From the human T2T-CHM13v2.0 reference genome, Homo sapiens, in assembly GCF_009914755.1 (NCBI RefSeq), contig NC_060925.1: a stretch of DNA of 64,000 nt; one strand, given 5' to 3'. Below, piece after piece: positions 42,435 to 56,778 of this stretch (positions are counted from its first letter, which is position 1; the number at the start of each line of letters is the position of its first letter). The notes under the pieces are model-generated. The model searched no databases. It was not told the origin of the DNA and saw only the letters and a list, made by a program, of their open reading frames with translations. A program made the position numbers and the translations under genes.

Positions 42435-42844
42435 CTCCCTCATATATGGAATCTAAAAAGTTGATCTCATAGAAGTTGAGAGTAGAATAATGGTTACCAG
42501 AGGCTGGATATGGGATAGAGGGGATAGGGAGAAGTCGGTCAATGGGTACAATCTACAATTAGATAGGGGAAATAAGTTCTGGATTTTTATTGCACAGTTG
42601 GGTGAATATATTTACCAATAATGTGTATTTCAAAATAACTAGAAGAGAGGCTTTTGAATGTTCTCATCATGAAGAAATCATAAATGTTAAATAAATATGT
42701 AATGGGTATATGAATTACTCTAATTTAATTATTACACAATGAATACATGTATTGAAACATCATATTAGACCCCATAAATATGTATAATTTTTATGTGTCA
42801 ATCAGCAATAAAATAAATCTTAAAAAATTTTATACAACAAAAAG

Positions 42845-45060
42845 ATAAAAGATCACTGTTGGTTGCAGGCTTTTTCTCCCTTATAATGTAGGTTGTAGAT
42901 TTAATGTCAAAATCTGTTGAAGTGCATCAACTTGCAAACCTTCATGGACTTAATCAATACACTGGGGCTAGAATTACAGTTATACCTAGGGACTCCATAA
43001 ACTTAAACAACGTAATGCCTATTAATCTTAGCGGAGTTGCAGCATATAAAATAGAGGAAAAATAGCTATGCCTTACCTGAACTACTCCCTTGCCTGAGTT
43101 CTCCATGGTCATATCACCTATTGCCCTTAAATATCCCATAGTGGATATAAACACTGTGATCCAATGAGTAATAAAGTGAAAATAAATTAAGTCTTTGGAT
43201 CTTATAAATTGGCATGACAAAATGGGATCCAGGGATAATTCCCTAAATTAAAAAAGTTAATATGCCCAAAGTAAATTAAAACAGGGCTTTCAAGAATTGA
43301 ATTTTATTATATAAAGCCCAGGTAAAGAAGGAGTAATTGTTCCCCCTACTGCTGCTATATTTAACAATCCAATTGGCTTATTCTTAATCTTGGAAATAAT
43401 CAATGATACTTCGTTGTGGATTACTGAAATCTTAATACTAGTCTTCTACCTATTAAGGCCCTCATATTCAATATTGTGTAAATTACTAACTCAATCTACC
43501 TGTTAAATATGTTGCTATTATTGATTTGGCTAATATGCTCTGTTCAATGTCTGTGTCAACAGCCTCTCAGCAGCAGATTGCTTTCACCTCTGAAGGGACG
43601 CAGCATACATTTACGTCTGAGGTACCTGAACAACCTTGCTCAACTGCACACAGTCTTTTCAGGTAAGAATTTAACTTCATGGAGTTCTCTCCAGGAGCAC
43701 AGGTATGACATTACACTGAAGACATCTTCCTCCAAAAACATTCATTTGGCATTTTCATTCAGGATACATATATACTTATAAAGAAGTATGTAAAATGGGG
43801 ATGAGCCATTGTCCCACACATAGTGCAAGACCTCCGCCTAGGGTAAATTTCTGAAAGTTGTTTGGTAAACCAAGAGTGACTCCATGCTAACAGTGTCAGG
43901 AAACAGTTACTGATCCTCTTAGCACCCACAGTGGTAAAACAGGGCCCTGAATTTTTAAGGTTTTTTGGGTTCTAGAGGCAACATGTTCCCCATTTACACT
44001 GTTGCTTGCAAATTGTCCCACCTTGAAACTTGAATGGACTCCTTCCAACAAAGGGCTCTAGAATCTATCTAAATTGTGATATAACAGACCATCCCTCTAG
44101 TGCCCCCCAGAGACTCCTTGCCACAGAGGCATAGCGTCTGCTGTTATGGATTGCAAACACACATTTATGGCCATAAGTTGTCCATATATTTCTTATTCAA
44201 TAAACTACCCTCATTGATTCTGCATTGTACAGCATTGGAGTGGCAATCCCTGGCCACACACTGAGCTCTCTCCTGGCATAAGAGGATATTACAGGTTCTG
44301 AGACAATGCCCCTTCATACTGAGTTGTCCATTATGTTTGGATTCATGGAAGCAGCACCCTACAAGCTCAGCATGGCTCCTGACACCTCCTTGCTACCAGT
44401 TATACCTAATCCTGAGCCTTCCAGCATTTCTCACCTGTAAGAAGGGGTGGCCTCCCCTATTCTGAGTCTCTTGTTAGATGCTGTGGTTCTAGAAAAGGAC
44501 ATCTCTTTCCCAGTTTACTTAGCTACGTAGGTAACTGTTTGGGATTAACTGCCTGTACAACAATAGGAATTTGCATACTTTAAGGACGGAAGTGCCATCA
44601 TGATGGGGCTTGCTAGATAGCTATTGCTTTTCATTCCTTAACAGGGATGTCCCTGATAAAAGACAGCACCCAAGGCTCAGCACAATTCGCCAAACTTCAG
44701 ACGGAAGTCTTAGTACTGGATGTCCTGGCCAATGTACAAATCAGCTTCATTTGTACATTGTTACAGAGTAAAAGAGTAAAGAATTCTGGAAATTTCTTGC
44801 CCCATAGATACTCAAATAATAAATCAAAGTAACATGTCTTTGCATATACTGAGAACACAATACAAGCCATCACCAGGACACCCCTTATATACTTTATCAT
44901 TCCAGACATTATTGATAGTGGCCATGTCACTCATTTCACTTATCAAAATATGCAACGCTGGGCTCCTGAACAAGCCATTCAACAGAACTTTCGTCTTCAT
45001 TATAGGCTAGAGGTTGCAGGCTTCATAGAGCATATATTTGCTTATTTAAATAAGTTTAAA
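42845..45060 (+). pseudogene. Decayed ERV-L-class pro-pol (protease, RT, RNase H, integrase relics)
   Basis: Hand translation: QTFMDLI/TGARITVIPRD (42935-42993; DTG protease), VDY*NLN (43416), AIIDLANML (about 43514), QQIAFTSEGTQHTF, HYTEDI (43709; YIDD), FGF*RQHVPHL (43964), FKDGSA and SAQFAKL (RNase H), THFTYQNMQRWA...EVAGFIEH (about 44925-45032; integrase). Confidence 0.85.
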
Positions 45061-45569
45061 TTTAATTAAATAAATTATGGCTTACTTTAGTCATCAGCCA
45101 GCATTAGGAGAGAATAGTAATAAGGCATCTTAATAAATTTCTTGGTTTTTGATTGCTGATCCATTTTATGCCTCATTCTCCTCCTCTTCCCCTTGTGTTT
45201 TTCAGATTTCCTTAAATGAGTAAATGTGTAAATGGGTTGTAGCAAATGCAACTCGAGTAAATTGATATATACTACTTCCAGGGTTAGCCCTTAAAAACTT
45301 GTCACATTTGATTCTCCTTGGTCTTCCCCTTACTTCGCCTGGTGTGAACAAGTATGTTGACATTGAAAATAAATTTTTGAAGATAGCAGAATAACAAAAT
45401 TGAAAGTTTCTGGGTTTCATATATAATTGCTTGGAGAAGAGTCATCACCAGCCAGAAACACTTGTAGCTCATGAGTAAGGAATTAATGTTATAGCTTTCA
45501 TCCATTAGATATGTTAGGATTTGCTTGTTATGGCAGCTAGCATCATCTTAAAAATGCACTGCATCACTT

Positions 45570-45770
45570 AATTTATATGAAACTTAAAAAAAATCAAATC
45601 AAAGTAACTTACTATTTTTGCAATAGTTGTATAGGTGATCAATTATAAAGAAATCAAAGGCATGATTAACACAAATTTCAGGATTTTTGTTACCTATGTC
45701 AGGTAGAGAGAGGGATGTGACTAAATAGTAGCACTTAGGCTATTCATTTTATTTCTATTTAAACTGCATG
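45570..45770 (+). mobile_element. L1ME 3' fragment
   Basis: ataggtgatcaattataaagaaatcaaagg...cacaaatttcaggat...gttacct. Confidence 0.5.
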
Positions 45771-45789
45771 CCTATAGCAGAAACAGTTG

Positions 45790-47160
45790 ATGTGCCAAGT
45801 CAGAGGTTTTAGGCTTCATGAATGGGCCCCCATCATTTAGGATGTAGCACACATTTTACATCAATGACAATACTATGCTCTTTTTTCCACAAAAGTAGAA
45901 TACATGGAGCTTAGAACCTAAGCAATATAAGGAAGAGTGGCCTAACTTACTATCAGTCTCAGTGACCAATTTAAAGGATTTCTACTGCTCATTTTTGTAA
46001 CTTTGAACTCTATTTAGAAGTCTTGTCTTGTAGTAGGTGAAACAGTGGATTTTCATTGTCAATATGATGTATAGATACCATTATATAATGCAGACAGGAA
46101 AGACCTGAATCTTATCATGAGTAGGGTATAGTTGTCTGGGTCTAATCAGGAGATAGAAGCTACATAGTACGTTAAGCAGAATAATTTTAATATGTATTAT
46201 TAACTTTGATAAAAGATTAACTACAAGGTATAAGGAAACTATGATATCCCAGAGTTCAGAGAGAATAATCAAAAAAGAACAATCATAGTAGGGCCTCTGA
46301 TCTTATTGGATAGTGCACCAGATAGCAGAATGTTTCTCTGATTTGACCAGATCAGAGCTAGTCATGAGTTGTATAAGTAATAGGCCACCCTCCACAATGC
46401 AAATGGAAGAGTAGGTGATTAACACCTGGTGGCATGCGTGTGCAGTAGAAGTCTGGGTGCTGGTGGAGAGAGGAAGCCTTTAGAGCATGCAGGTCATGTA
46501 GGGGCTTGCAGATAGACTTCAGATGCTGGCCAGGGCAGGAGGCCTTCAGATCGCATGGATCACACAGGGACTTTGGTTTCTGTGTCAAAAGAGCTACAGA
46601 TAATTTACTGCCAGGCCAAGGCTGCAAGGTTGAAGAGGGAAAATATTCTATGTGAATTGCTTTGGTCAGAAAGAATGGCTGCCCTTATATCCCTACCATC
46701 TATCCCTAGCCAGCACTGGGCACAGTAGGAGAGCCCCTTCCTTCTGCAAATCCCTTTGGATCACTCTCCTAAGAAAGCTTAACATTGTTCTTTCTTTAAG
46801 GAAGAAATACTTAAAATAATTAATTGGTTTATCATACAGTATACATTAAAGAGTGTATTAGGGATGAAAGGCAATACACTGATAATTGAAACACAAAGTT
46901 TCTGACCCTTCAGGGATGAGGGTCTGTTTGGGTTACCCCACTGATCAAGCAGCAATACTATCCAATGGTGAGAAGAAACAGGAATACGGAGTAAAAAAAA
47001 TGGTGAATATCAGTTGCGATTATGAGACCTAGTTGCAAAGTTAGGCATTGGCTATATTTTTTCATTAATCATCATTATATTAGACACCACCCCTCAGAAT
47101 CCTAAAAGAACTGTTCCCTGAAATTATGTGAGCCAAGTGCAACTAAGAGGTCCAGTGGTT
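45790..47160 (+). mobile_element. ERVL internal 3' region (HERV16/ERV3-16A3-like), interrupted by an LTR
   Basis: agaatacatggagcttagaacc...gagtggcctaacttactatcagtctcagtgacc; tgacccttcagggatgagggtctg; abuts LTR16C. Confidence 0.6.
46125..46893 (-). mobile_element. ERVL LTR (LTR41/LTR50/LTR52 group)
   Basis: gggtctaatcaggagatagaagc start; aaagcttaacattgt...aggcaatacactgataattgaaaca end. Confidence 0.6.
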
Positions 47161-47164
47161 GGAT

Positions 47165-47609
47165 TGTAGGGGATACTATGGTTACTCATCCCCTTCCCCT
47201 CCTTCAGGACTAAAGCATTCATTTCCCCAGCTGACAAGAGTGTTAATAATTGACATATCATTGCTGAGTATTCCTTTGGAGATTTCCTTCAATTGAAGAA
47301 GCCACCTCATGCAATGTCATGTCTTATTCTCAAGAGCAGCTCATGTCCAGTGACTGTTGATGAGACTTATTAAGGTCCAGCCCCCTTTGCCAAATTTGGG
47401 ACAACACTGGTGGTTTATCACAGCTACAGTTTCCCTCGCTGGGTTGGCTGCACTTTTTGCTGTGACTGAATTGCCACCAAACACCTCCCTCAGCCTAATG
47501 TTGATTCTTTTAATCTATACAATGTGTATCCTCAAAGCAATCCACGATATAATTTCTGCATGTTGATTTCTGTTTCAAAGTTGGCTTCATAGAAAATCAA
47601 TTTAGGTCA
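47165..47609 (+). mobile_element. LTR16C-like 3' LTR
   Basis: tgtagggg...ccttcaggactaaagcattcatttccccagctg...tttgggacaac...aggtca. Confidence 0.75.
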
Positions 47610-48199
47610 AGTCTTTGCAAATTACATTTTGTCACAGAATCCCCAAATTGATTAATGTAAATATCCAAAAAAGCACCTGAAAAACCAAAAATTATTACAC
47701 AATGATGTTTTGTCACAGACATTCTCTGAACTTTAAAAAAAGGAAAACTAGAAAATGAAAAGAAAACACCATAGAAGCCCTTTACAAGTTTTTACCTTAC
47801 TCATTGCAAACATCAAATGCTGTATTTTTGAGGACAAGGAGTCTATACGTAATGACATACATTAAATAAACAAGAAACTCAGTATTTGGTATAAAAATAA
47901 AATGGTTAGATTTCAGATTGCCTGTTACTTGAAAATAAATCTCCTAATGCTGAGTTAATATTAACTCTCTCTTAAATACTGAGTACTAGTAAAGGCACTA
48001 CTAATTATTGGCTCTGAGGTTGTTACTGTTCATCTGTTACATGCTTCCTATGTAGGATGCTTATGAAAGAGTTTGGAAAATACAGTAGCACCATTTAGTT
48101 ACAATATGATGTACTTTAGGTCTTGAGGTGGCCACCTCTTTTTAATACAGGATCCACCAAAGAGAGTATGTTTTAGAAAGCATTTTGCTTTTTACTGTA

Positions 48200-48313
48200 T
48201 TTAATTTTTATTGATAAATAAAAAATTATACATTTTTATGGTCTACCTCATGGTGTTCTGATATATGTATGCATTGTGGAAAGACTAAGTCAAACTAATT
48301 AGCATGTCCATTT
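48200..48313 (-). mobile_element. L1MA8-like 3' end fragment
   Basis: ttttattgataaataaaaaattata...tgatatatgtatgcattgtgga...aactaattagcat. Confidence 0.7.
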
Positions 48314-50859
48314 TGCTTTCTTAAATTTTTAAATAATATTCCACAACATATAACTTTAAACATTTTTGTCTCTCTACAAATGTCTTTAATTCATACTATT
48401 TTTTGAAAACTATATTAAAGTTCATCTAAGAAATCCACTTGCCTAAAAATCCCCACAAAATATTGTGATCAAAATTAAGTAAACATTACCTCATGAAATA
48501 AGACAATAAATACACCAAAAAATACACCAAGAAACATTAGTGTTAAGGAAGATCACATGGTTTGAATTCCCTGCCAGCACCAAAGGAAACCAATTGAGTT
48601 TTCTTCTCAGTTCTCCCGGATGTGGGGCAGCAAGGAAGGGTAAATACTGGGGCTTGAAAGCCATTGGCAATAATAAAAATGGAGTCACACACTTTAATAT
48701 TCTCCTCCACCAAATAAAAACTCATAATCTTACCAAACCGAAATAATAACTCTTTTAGACATGCACTATATAACACATTTACAGATATGAAGTACTTTGT
48801 TTGTTTCTAATTCCAACAAAATCAAACCTTCCTTAAACTTTGACTTTTCTCCAAATCAATTTTATTCCTTTTAATTGGAATAACATCTTCTGCTATACTT
48901 TTATTAGTAACAGCTTTATTAGTTTAAAAATATGTACTTAACATTCAACACCCGAGAAAAATTTCAAAGGACAATGCTTGCATATATTTTTCTAAGAAAA
49001 TAACCTTCTGATAAAAAAAGAACTATGGTTAAAAAAAATGAAATCTGAAGCAGTACTCTAGAATCCAACAGTTCAAAATAAATAACCTAAAGATTTATCT
49101 GACTTCAACACATTAATGCAGGAGAATGTCAGGGAATATCAGATTCAAAGAAGGCATATTTCTGGTTATTGATAGAGGACAATGAGTTTACCTTCAAGAC
49201 TTTAATTCTTGTCTGTGAATCTATACAGATGAGCCCAACCCAATTTAGAGTTCAACATACACAGCATGCAATTACCTTCTGAGCATCAAATCCCAAATAA
49301 CTTTTGAATTTCATACCTGTCAGCATCTGTACTTGGTGTTTTATGAGAAACATTAAGATTTTACATTTGAAAAGTGATTCATATAAGCGATTTTGAAGAT
49401 GTTTTTATTTTTCAGTAAAAAGGGAAAAAGCTCTCTACTTAGAACTTTTTAAAAAAGTAATTATTGACTTAGGACAGAGACTAATGTTTATTTACTGTTT
49501 TGAAACTATTCTTCCCACTAAATTAACCCTACGTGACTCAACAACAGTATCAGAAATAAAACAACTTGGCACTATAGGTTTGTACGTATAAATGAAGGGT
49601 AAAATATATTTGATAAATTATGATCCAAAGCATGTTTCTCTCAATGAAGTAAAATAAAACATTTCAAAGCTAAGCGATTGATCCAGGTAGGATTTCTTTG
49701 AAAAAAGTCAAGGAAAGGGAATGTTAAGCTCTCTATACTATGTAAACTCCAGGAGGAAATTTCTCTTTTTTTTTATTTCTCCTCCTCGTCTTCTCCTCAT
49801 TAGACAGAGCATTGCCAAATTGGTAATCAATAGTATATTAACAAATGATTAATGAGAAATAGATGTTTCACAAATGAGATCACAATCTCTATTATTGGAA
49901 GCTGCAGGAGAATCAAACAGAATCAACATGAATAAGAGGAGACGATGACATTTGATATATTTCTTTCTAGTCAAAAATTAGCATTCAGTTATAACTTGAA
50001 AATACAGGTTCAGGAGATATGTCCAATTAGATATTTGTGGAAAGGAGTTTGAATATGAGTCAGGATAAAATTATTTTACTGAGTAGTTGAGAATGGTACA
50101 GTTTATTCGTAGATGAAATCATCTAGTGTTGTGTGAAAAACGTGGAATGGTAAACTGGTAACAGGAGAGATACGGTGACTTAACTGAATAGTGCAGCCCT
50201 TCTGTACATTTCCATATTATCCTGCTATCTAATCTGTACTTAATGAGCCTCCTGAGCATCTCCAAAGTTCATGACTTTGTATTAGAAGCTGCAGTAAAGA
50301 AGCACCACAATGAAAACCATGTAGTGTCACAATCACTGGCTTAATAATTTAGTTTAAAACATAAAACGTGTTCACAAAGAGCTACAACAGAAGGCAGAGA
50401 AACGTTTCCACCTGCAGAGAGAAACCAGTGTCCAAAAGAGATGTAAATCTATACAGAAATATTATTATTCTCAACAATATTCCAAGTTATACAATACTAC
50501 TGTTTTAAGCTTTAACATAGTGAGTGTTCTGGAAAATCTTTTAGAGTTCATATTTGTAACAAAAACAGTCTGTGAAAGAATCCTGTTAATGGTATTTAAT
50601 ATTTTGATATTATTTATAAATTAAACAGAATATTTTTTCATTAATAATGGAAAACACAGAAAAAGGTGTTTCTATACAACTTAAAACAAATGGCACAAAG
50701 GGATGCATGGATGCATTTGTAATTATATATTATGAATTCTAAGTTTTAAAGATATGACTTTACACTCAAATGTTAGCTATTAGCTTACTTAAAAATTAAT
50801 CAAATAGTATTAATAATCTAACCAATTTCTAGCCTTAATATTTTCTATAGAAAAAATTG

Positions 50860-51320
50860 ATCCCTTTATTAGAATCCCTGCCATCATCTGGCTTCTAACA
50901 TTACATATGTATCGTCATTTTTCACACCCTTTACTTAATAAAACTATCATTCATTTAGATTACTGCTGATTCCAACATGTCATGTTTATCTACTTCTATG
51001 CCTTTTTTGGTACATACACTTTGATATGATTAAAATACCCTGCCTCTTTATAATCTGAAAAAATTATACTTATCCTTTACAAAACCTACTTCAGATGCCA
51101 TGTATACATACCAGGAGTTCCAATCCTTCATTAGAAAATTCTTCACTGTTCTTTTCTATATAGGCTTTGTTTTGTTAATTCTGCTAGTGTAGCTCTAAGC
51201 TTCCTAAATGGTGGGTAGTTTATTATGCTTTTCTCTAAGAGAACGGATAGATTTGTATTCATATTTATATTATTAGACTTTCATTGAACCTGACATGCAA
51301 TTTATATGTTTAGTGAATTT
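50860..51320 (+). mobile_element. L2 3' end, degraded
   Basis: tacttatccttt...cttcagatgcca...taagcttcctaaatgg...tgtattcatattt...cctgacatg. Confidence 0.5.
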
Positions 51321-51727
51321 TAGTCATATGTAACTTTTCAAATATAAACACACCCTTTATCCTCTTGGTAAAATGCTCTGTCAGGAGGTTGGCTGTGCTG
51401 GGAGAAAGATCTGGGCTGCCAGGTGTTGGAGTTATCCAATTAAAACAGCAAGCCCTAAATGAAACATTTAAGCCTGTAATCACTTTCTGTAATGGTATAA
51501 GCAAGAGTCCAATCTGGAGAAAGCACTAACTCCCCATGTTCCATCTCTTGCCATGTAACTGCTACCTGGAGGGTGGAGGGGTCAGGTAGATTAGTGCAGA
51601 GTTTGCGGTCATCTGACTGTTGAAGAAGCTTGAAACAAAAGGTTCCAATCACTTTTTGGACCATGAGGTTGGGGGTGGATGATGAGTGTAATGGAGGAAG
51701 GCCTGTGAGTGGAAAAGTATTGGGTAC

Positions 51728-51900
51728 TGAGTCACTGAGTCAGAGTGGGGAAAGGTGTCTTCAAGGTATCCTTTTTCTTTTCCATAAGGAAGCCCTGGCA
51801 GAGGAGCCTGAAGAGACCTCTGCTTAAAGCCTCAGATAAAAAGGCTTAGAAATGAAGGCACCAGGCTAGGAATGCAAATATGGGAAGAGTTTGGCCAATG
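51728..51900. promoter_or_regulatory. Candidate enhancer motif cluster
   Basis: Tandem AP-1 TGAGTCA (51728-34, 51736-42), AGATAA (51834), GGAATG overlapping octamer ATGCAAAT (51869-79), CCAAT (51895), in GC-elevated sequence with no repeat I recognise. Confidence 0.3.
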
Positions 51901-52164
51901 GGCCTGAATCTTTGATTCCAACTTCCTTCAGAGACCAGAATGCATTAGCTGTGCAATAGGTCTGTTGCAGAGAGTGCAGCTTTCCCCTTGAGGCTTGCCA
52001 GGTAAAGCTTTGTAATTGATTATGATTGGGCCTGAAAGATCACACATAGGTTTTTAATCAGGAGCTGGATTTCTATGCCCTTATTCATATATTCAGCTAA
52101 TGTTACACATGTTATTAAAAGATTTTTGCAGTTTTCTGAAGGAGTAATAAACTTTAATAAACAC

Positions 52165-52700
52165 TTAAAAAATTTAAAAGAACTGACAATACTAAGTGCT
52201 GGTGAGAATGCACAGTAACAGAAACCCTTTCATATGGACATTACCACCATTTTAATAACTGACAGCTTCTACTAAAATTGAACCAATTCATATGTCATAT
52301 ATACTTAAATGAAAACATTTTCTAAAGTGTATATTAAATTCAGTCATGATTTTGATTCTTTTTCATATTAACTGCTACAGAAAAATAGACTAAGTTACTT
52401 AGGCAAGAGATAGACAATACAGAGGTAGAACATAGTAAGAGTATACTGGTAAGAATAATATGCTGTGAGAAGAAACAAGCTATATACAAGAAATAAAGAA
52501 AAAAGGCATCATAAATGTGTATAAAATAGAAAATATTTGGATAAGAGATGGAAATCACAGATAACAGTTGTCTTTGTTGAGAATAGAGACATATTAATTG
52601 AAAGTGGAATGAAAGGAGAGAAAAATTATACAATTGACCATTTACACATACATAATAATAGCATGTTGGGATTTTATGAGTTTAGAAGGATGTCATTTAT
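52165..52700 (+). mobile_element. L1ME 3' fragment
   Basis: actgacaatactaagtgctggtgagaatg...ctaaaattgaac. Confidence 0.5.
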
Positions 52701-53846
52701 TTACTTTTCCATAATTGTTTAGGAAATGGAAAATCACCCAATAAAAACAGTATTTTAAATTATAGTTTTATATATTAAAAATATAATTTGTATATTTTAT
52801 CAAAATATGTTACTTTTTGTGTGAAAGTAATAAAAAGTTCTAAATAATTATGATGAATATTTGCTCAGCTATATAAAAAAACCTGATTTTTATTGAGATA
52901 AATACATTTTAAAGTGATACTAAACTTGGTAACATTGATGCAATAGTCCTTTATGTTTAACCTGCTATTCCTCAAGTTAATTTAAGTATAAGGGAATGGG
53001 AAAAAGCGGGCAGGAAATGACATTTATATGTCTTTGCCATGATTTCTTACAAGTCCTTCCCACAAATTCCAGCATTTGGAATTCCTCTAATAAAAACTGG
53101 AGTTCAATTTTTATTGAGAAAACTGAAAGCATTTTCTACCTTTTTCTATGGAACCATGTGTTTCACTACAGGATAGAATGATTGTCAAATTGAGAAAGAG
53201 TAGAAGAGAAAACTGTTCAATGGGAGAATAACCTGATGACTGGTGCACTAATGTGCAAATGCTTTGGAAACGGAGATACTTTGACACCAAAGTTCTTATT
53301 CTGACTTCTTTCTTAGCTCACTTGGTCATTAAAAGCATAGAAACTGTAATCTCTTGAACAACTACTTCAACAGAGAGTATAACCACATGAATCGTTCAAG
53401 TAAGACATCATAAAATAGCAATATAAGCATAAGAGGCCTTCAGCTTTCTCTAGAATGTCTTGTCCCACATCCCCTCATTAGCAATAAGGCCAGCAAGGAA
53501 AGACTATTAAATGGTACAATCTGGCCCTTTATTCTCCCATAGATGAACTAGTAGAAAAAATTGAGCTGAAGTTTGTGGGTTCATAATGTGCTATGGGAAT
53601 AGTTATTTGTCACACATCTGTCATGGAAGAGTTGTTCCTTTAAGAACCATTTAGTCTATAATTGCAACCACATTCAGCTCAATTCCTTCAAGGCAGTCAC
53701 TGATCACTGGAAATAAGTCAGCACTTCTGGAGTGGCATTAACTCTTTGGCCATCATGGCCATTTTATGCATGAGCATTAACAGTTCACTAAATAGGATCC
53801 TAGTGTTCCAAAAAAACCAAGAGGGAATGCACTGGAAAGAAATAGT

Positions 53847-54289
53847 TGTCTTAGTTCATTTAGTGTTGCTATAACAGAATACCTGAGGCTGGATAATTTA
53901 TTTTTATAAAGAAGTTTATTTGGGTAATGATTCTGGTGACTGGAAAGTTCAAGATTTGGCAGTTGCATTTGGCAAAATCCTCAGGCTGCTTCAACTTATG
54001 ATAGAAAGTGGAAAGGGAGCAGGTGTATGCAAAGAGATTACGTGCCAAGAGAGGAAATAAGAGAGAGAAACTGAGGAAGCCAGACTCTTAATAACCTACT
54101 CTCATGGGAACTAATTCATTCTTGCAAGAAGAGCACTCACTCACCTCTATATGTGGGTATTAATTTATTCATAAAGGATCTGCCCCCATGACTCAAACAC
54201 TTCTCACTAAGTCCCACTCAACACCACTACATGGTAGATCAAATTTCAACATAGTTTTGGTGGGAATAAATCACATCCAAACCATAGCA
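53847..54289 (-). mobile_element. MSTB-type solo LTR
   Basis: tgtcttagttcatttagtgttgctataacagaatacctgaggctgg...catccaaaccatagca. Confidence 0.85.
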
Positions 54290-55289
54290 CTAATAAAAAA
54301 TATCTTACTTTACTTTAAAAATATATATTTGTCAATTGTGAAATAAAAATAATTTTTGAAAGAAAATTTATTTAATTAAAAGGAAGATATTGTCTCTATA
54401 TAAACATATTTTCTTAGCTCTTACAAATTATTTTAATCATATTTTTATAATTTTTATTTTCTATTTGCTTTGTTAAGACAAACATTAAATTTGAACAGAA
54501 ATGAAAATCTACAACTATTAAATATATGAAATCTGCATTGATTCATGAACAGATTATCCACAATGTGTGACAAACAAATACTTCATACACTTATACAATA
54601 CTACATTTTATTGGAAGCCTTAGAGTCTATGAGTACTCTGGGTAAGCAGGTATAGGAAGATTTCCAATGGCAGTTCTTTTCAGAATTTTTCCTGGTTCCT
54701 TACTAGTGAATTCACTTCTTAGGACTTTGTTGTACTGAATTTCAACCCATTGAGAACAACAAGCATGGATTATCAAGTTCTGTTTTGTCTCTTAGTTTAG
54801 CCACTTTTAGATTTTGAACAGCTGCCTGTGATTATCATTTTCTACCCCTCCTCTTTCCACTAAAATTCTGAGCTGATAATAAACATTTTAATTATTCTAC
54901 AAGATTATTTTTTCTTAGAGAAACATTTTAACCTGCTTAATTTCTTAAAGTATTTCTAGTTTATGTTTTTATATTATTATTAAATATTTAAAAATTTTGA
55001 TTCTCTTTCCAACATTTTATCTTTTTTTGTATTTCATTTATTTTTATTTTTGTTCAGACTGGATAGGCATAAAATATTTGATGTCCTAATTACCTATTTT
55101 TATATCTTTCATATGCTTCTTTAAACAAAATTTATTTTTCTCCTAGTTTCTTTGTGGATTTAGCATCCCTTATTCTAAGGCTTTGATTTACATTATTTTA
55201 AATAGATTTTATATTATTGTGATTATATTAATTCATTAAATTTTTATTTAAACTTTTTTTATCTTTTACTTTCAATTATGTATTTATTT

Positions 55290-56122
55290 ACAACCCAGTT
55301 CAAAAACGGGCGCAGGCCTTTTGTTTAGCAAACATACAAAAAGATGTTCAACATTACTAATCATTAGGAAAATGCAAATAAAAAACACAAGCAATGCAAA
55401 TCAAAACCACAATAAGATACCATCTTATACCCATTAGAATGGCTACTATTAAAAAACAAGAGAGAGCAGCAAATGCTGGTCAGGATGTGGAGATATTGAA
55501 ATCCCTGTACATTGTTGGTGGGAATGTAAAATGCTAAAACAGTTTAGTCGTTTCTCTAAAAATTAAAAATGGAATTACCATCTGATTCAGCAATCCTCTT
55601 CTGAGTATATATCCAAATGATTTGAAAGCAGTCCTGAAGTGATATTTGTACAACCATGCTCATAACAGCATATTCACCATAGCCAAGAGGTGGAAGCAGC
55701 CCATGTCCATAAACAGATGAATGTGTTAAAAAATTCATATATACATACAATGTAATACTATTTGCCTTAAAAATAAATAAAGTTCTGACACCTGCTACAA
55801 CATAGATGAACTTGAGGACATTATATTAAGTGAAATAAGTCAATTACAAAAGAAAAATGCTATGTAATTCACTTACATAAAATGTCTAGAGTAGTCAATA
55901 TCACAGAAACGAAAGTAGAATAGTAGTTGCCAGGGGCTGAGGAAAAGGGGACATGAGAAGTTAGTGTTTAAAAGGCATAGATTTCAGTTTTGTAATATGA
56001 AACAGTTCTGGAGATTGGTTGCAGAACAATGTGAGTATATGTAACTCTACTGAACTGTACACTTAAAAATAGTTAAGATGATCAATGTTTCTGTTATGTG
56101 CATTTTGTCATAATTTTTAAAA
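55290..56122 (+). mobile_element. L1MB3/4-type 3' end
   Basis: aatgcaaatcaaaaccacaataagatacc...gttctggagattggttgcagaacaatgtg...actgaactgtacacttaaaaat. Confidence 0.85.
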
Positions 56123-56199
56123 TAATTAAAATATTTTTATAAATTTTAAAGAATATGGTAGGAATTAATTCAACCATATTCATAATGATTTTAAATTAG

Positions 56200-56386
56200 A
56201 ACAATTTAAAAGTAACAGTTAAAAGACACATGTTGTCAGAGTGGCTTAAACATAAACAAGACAAAAATATATGTTGTTTATAAAAATTCTACTTTAAGTA
56301 TAAAAACTCGGATTAAAAGTGAAGGGACAGAAAAACATACACTATGCTAACATTAATAAAAAAAAATTGAGGTAGCTATATTAATT
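56200..56386 (+). mobile_element. Old L1 ORF2 endonuclease-region fragment
   Basis: ttaaaagacac..ttgtcagagtgg...aaaagtgaagggacagaaaaacatac...gtagctatattaat. Confidence 0.7.
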
Positions 56387-56560
56387 GCAGCTGGGACTGC
56401 AGGCGCCCGCCACTACACCCAGCTAATTCTTTTTGTATTTTTAGTAGAGATGGGGTTTCACCATGTTAGCCAGGATAGTCTGGATCTCCTGACATCGTGA
56501 TCTGCCCGCATTGGCCTCCCATAGTGCTGGGATTACAGGCGTGAGCCAACGCGCCCGGCC
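56387..56560 (-). mobile_element. AluY fragment lacking most of right arm and tail
   Basis: agctgggactgcaggcgcccgcc...gttagccagga...gcgcccggcc. Confidence 0.9.
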
Positions 56561-56778
56561 TTACTTTTTAATTTTTTTGTTTGTTTGTTTTAACTCTCCA
56601 AAGTGACAATGGAAACTTCTACTTTTCTAAAAAAAAATTAAGGATATGCTCCCAACTCCGCATTTTGGCTCTTGCTTTTTGATATAAGATAGATATTCTC
56701 GCATTTTGCAGTACTCCATAATATTTCATTATGATTCCCTCTGAATGTGTGCAGAGGGTGGCATTTAAGAATCATGAA

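Noticed and set aside
48491-48776. Overlapping ORFs with nearby splice-donor-like motifs
   Set aside because: No homology recognised and no convincing paired acceptor.
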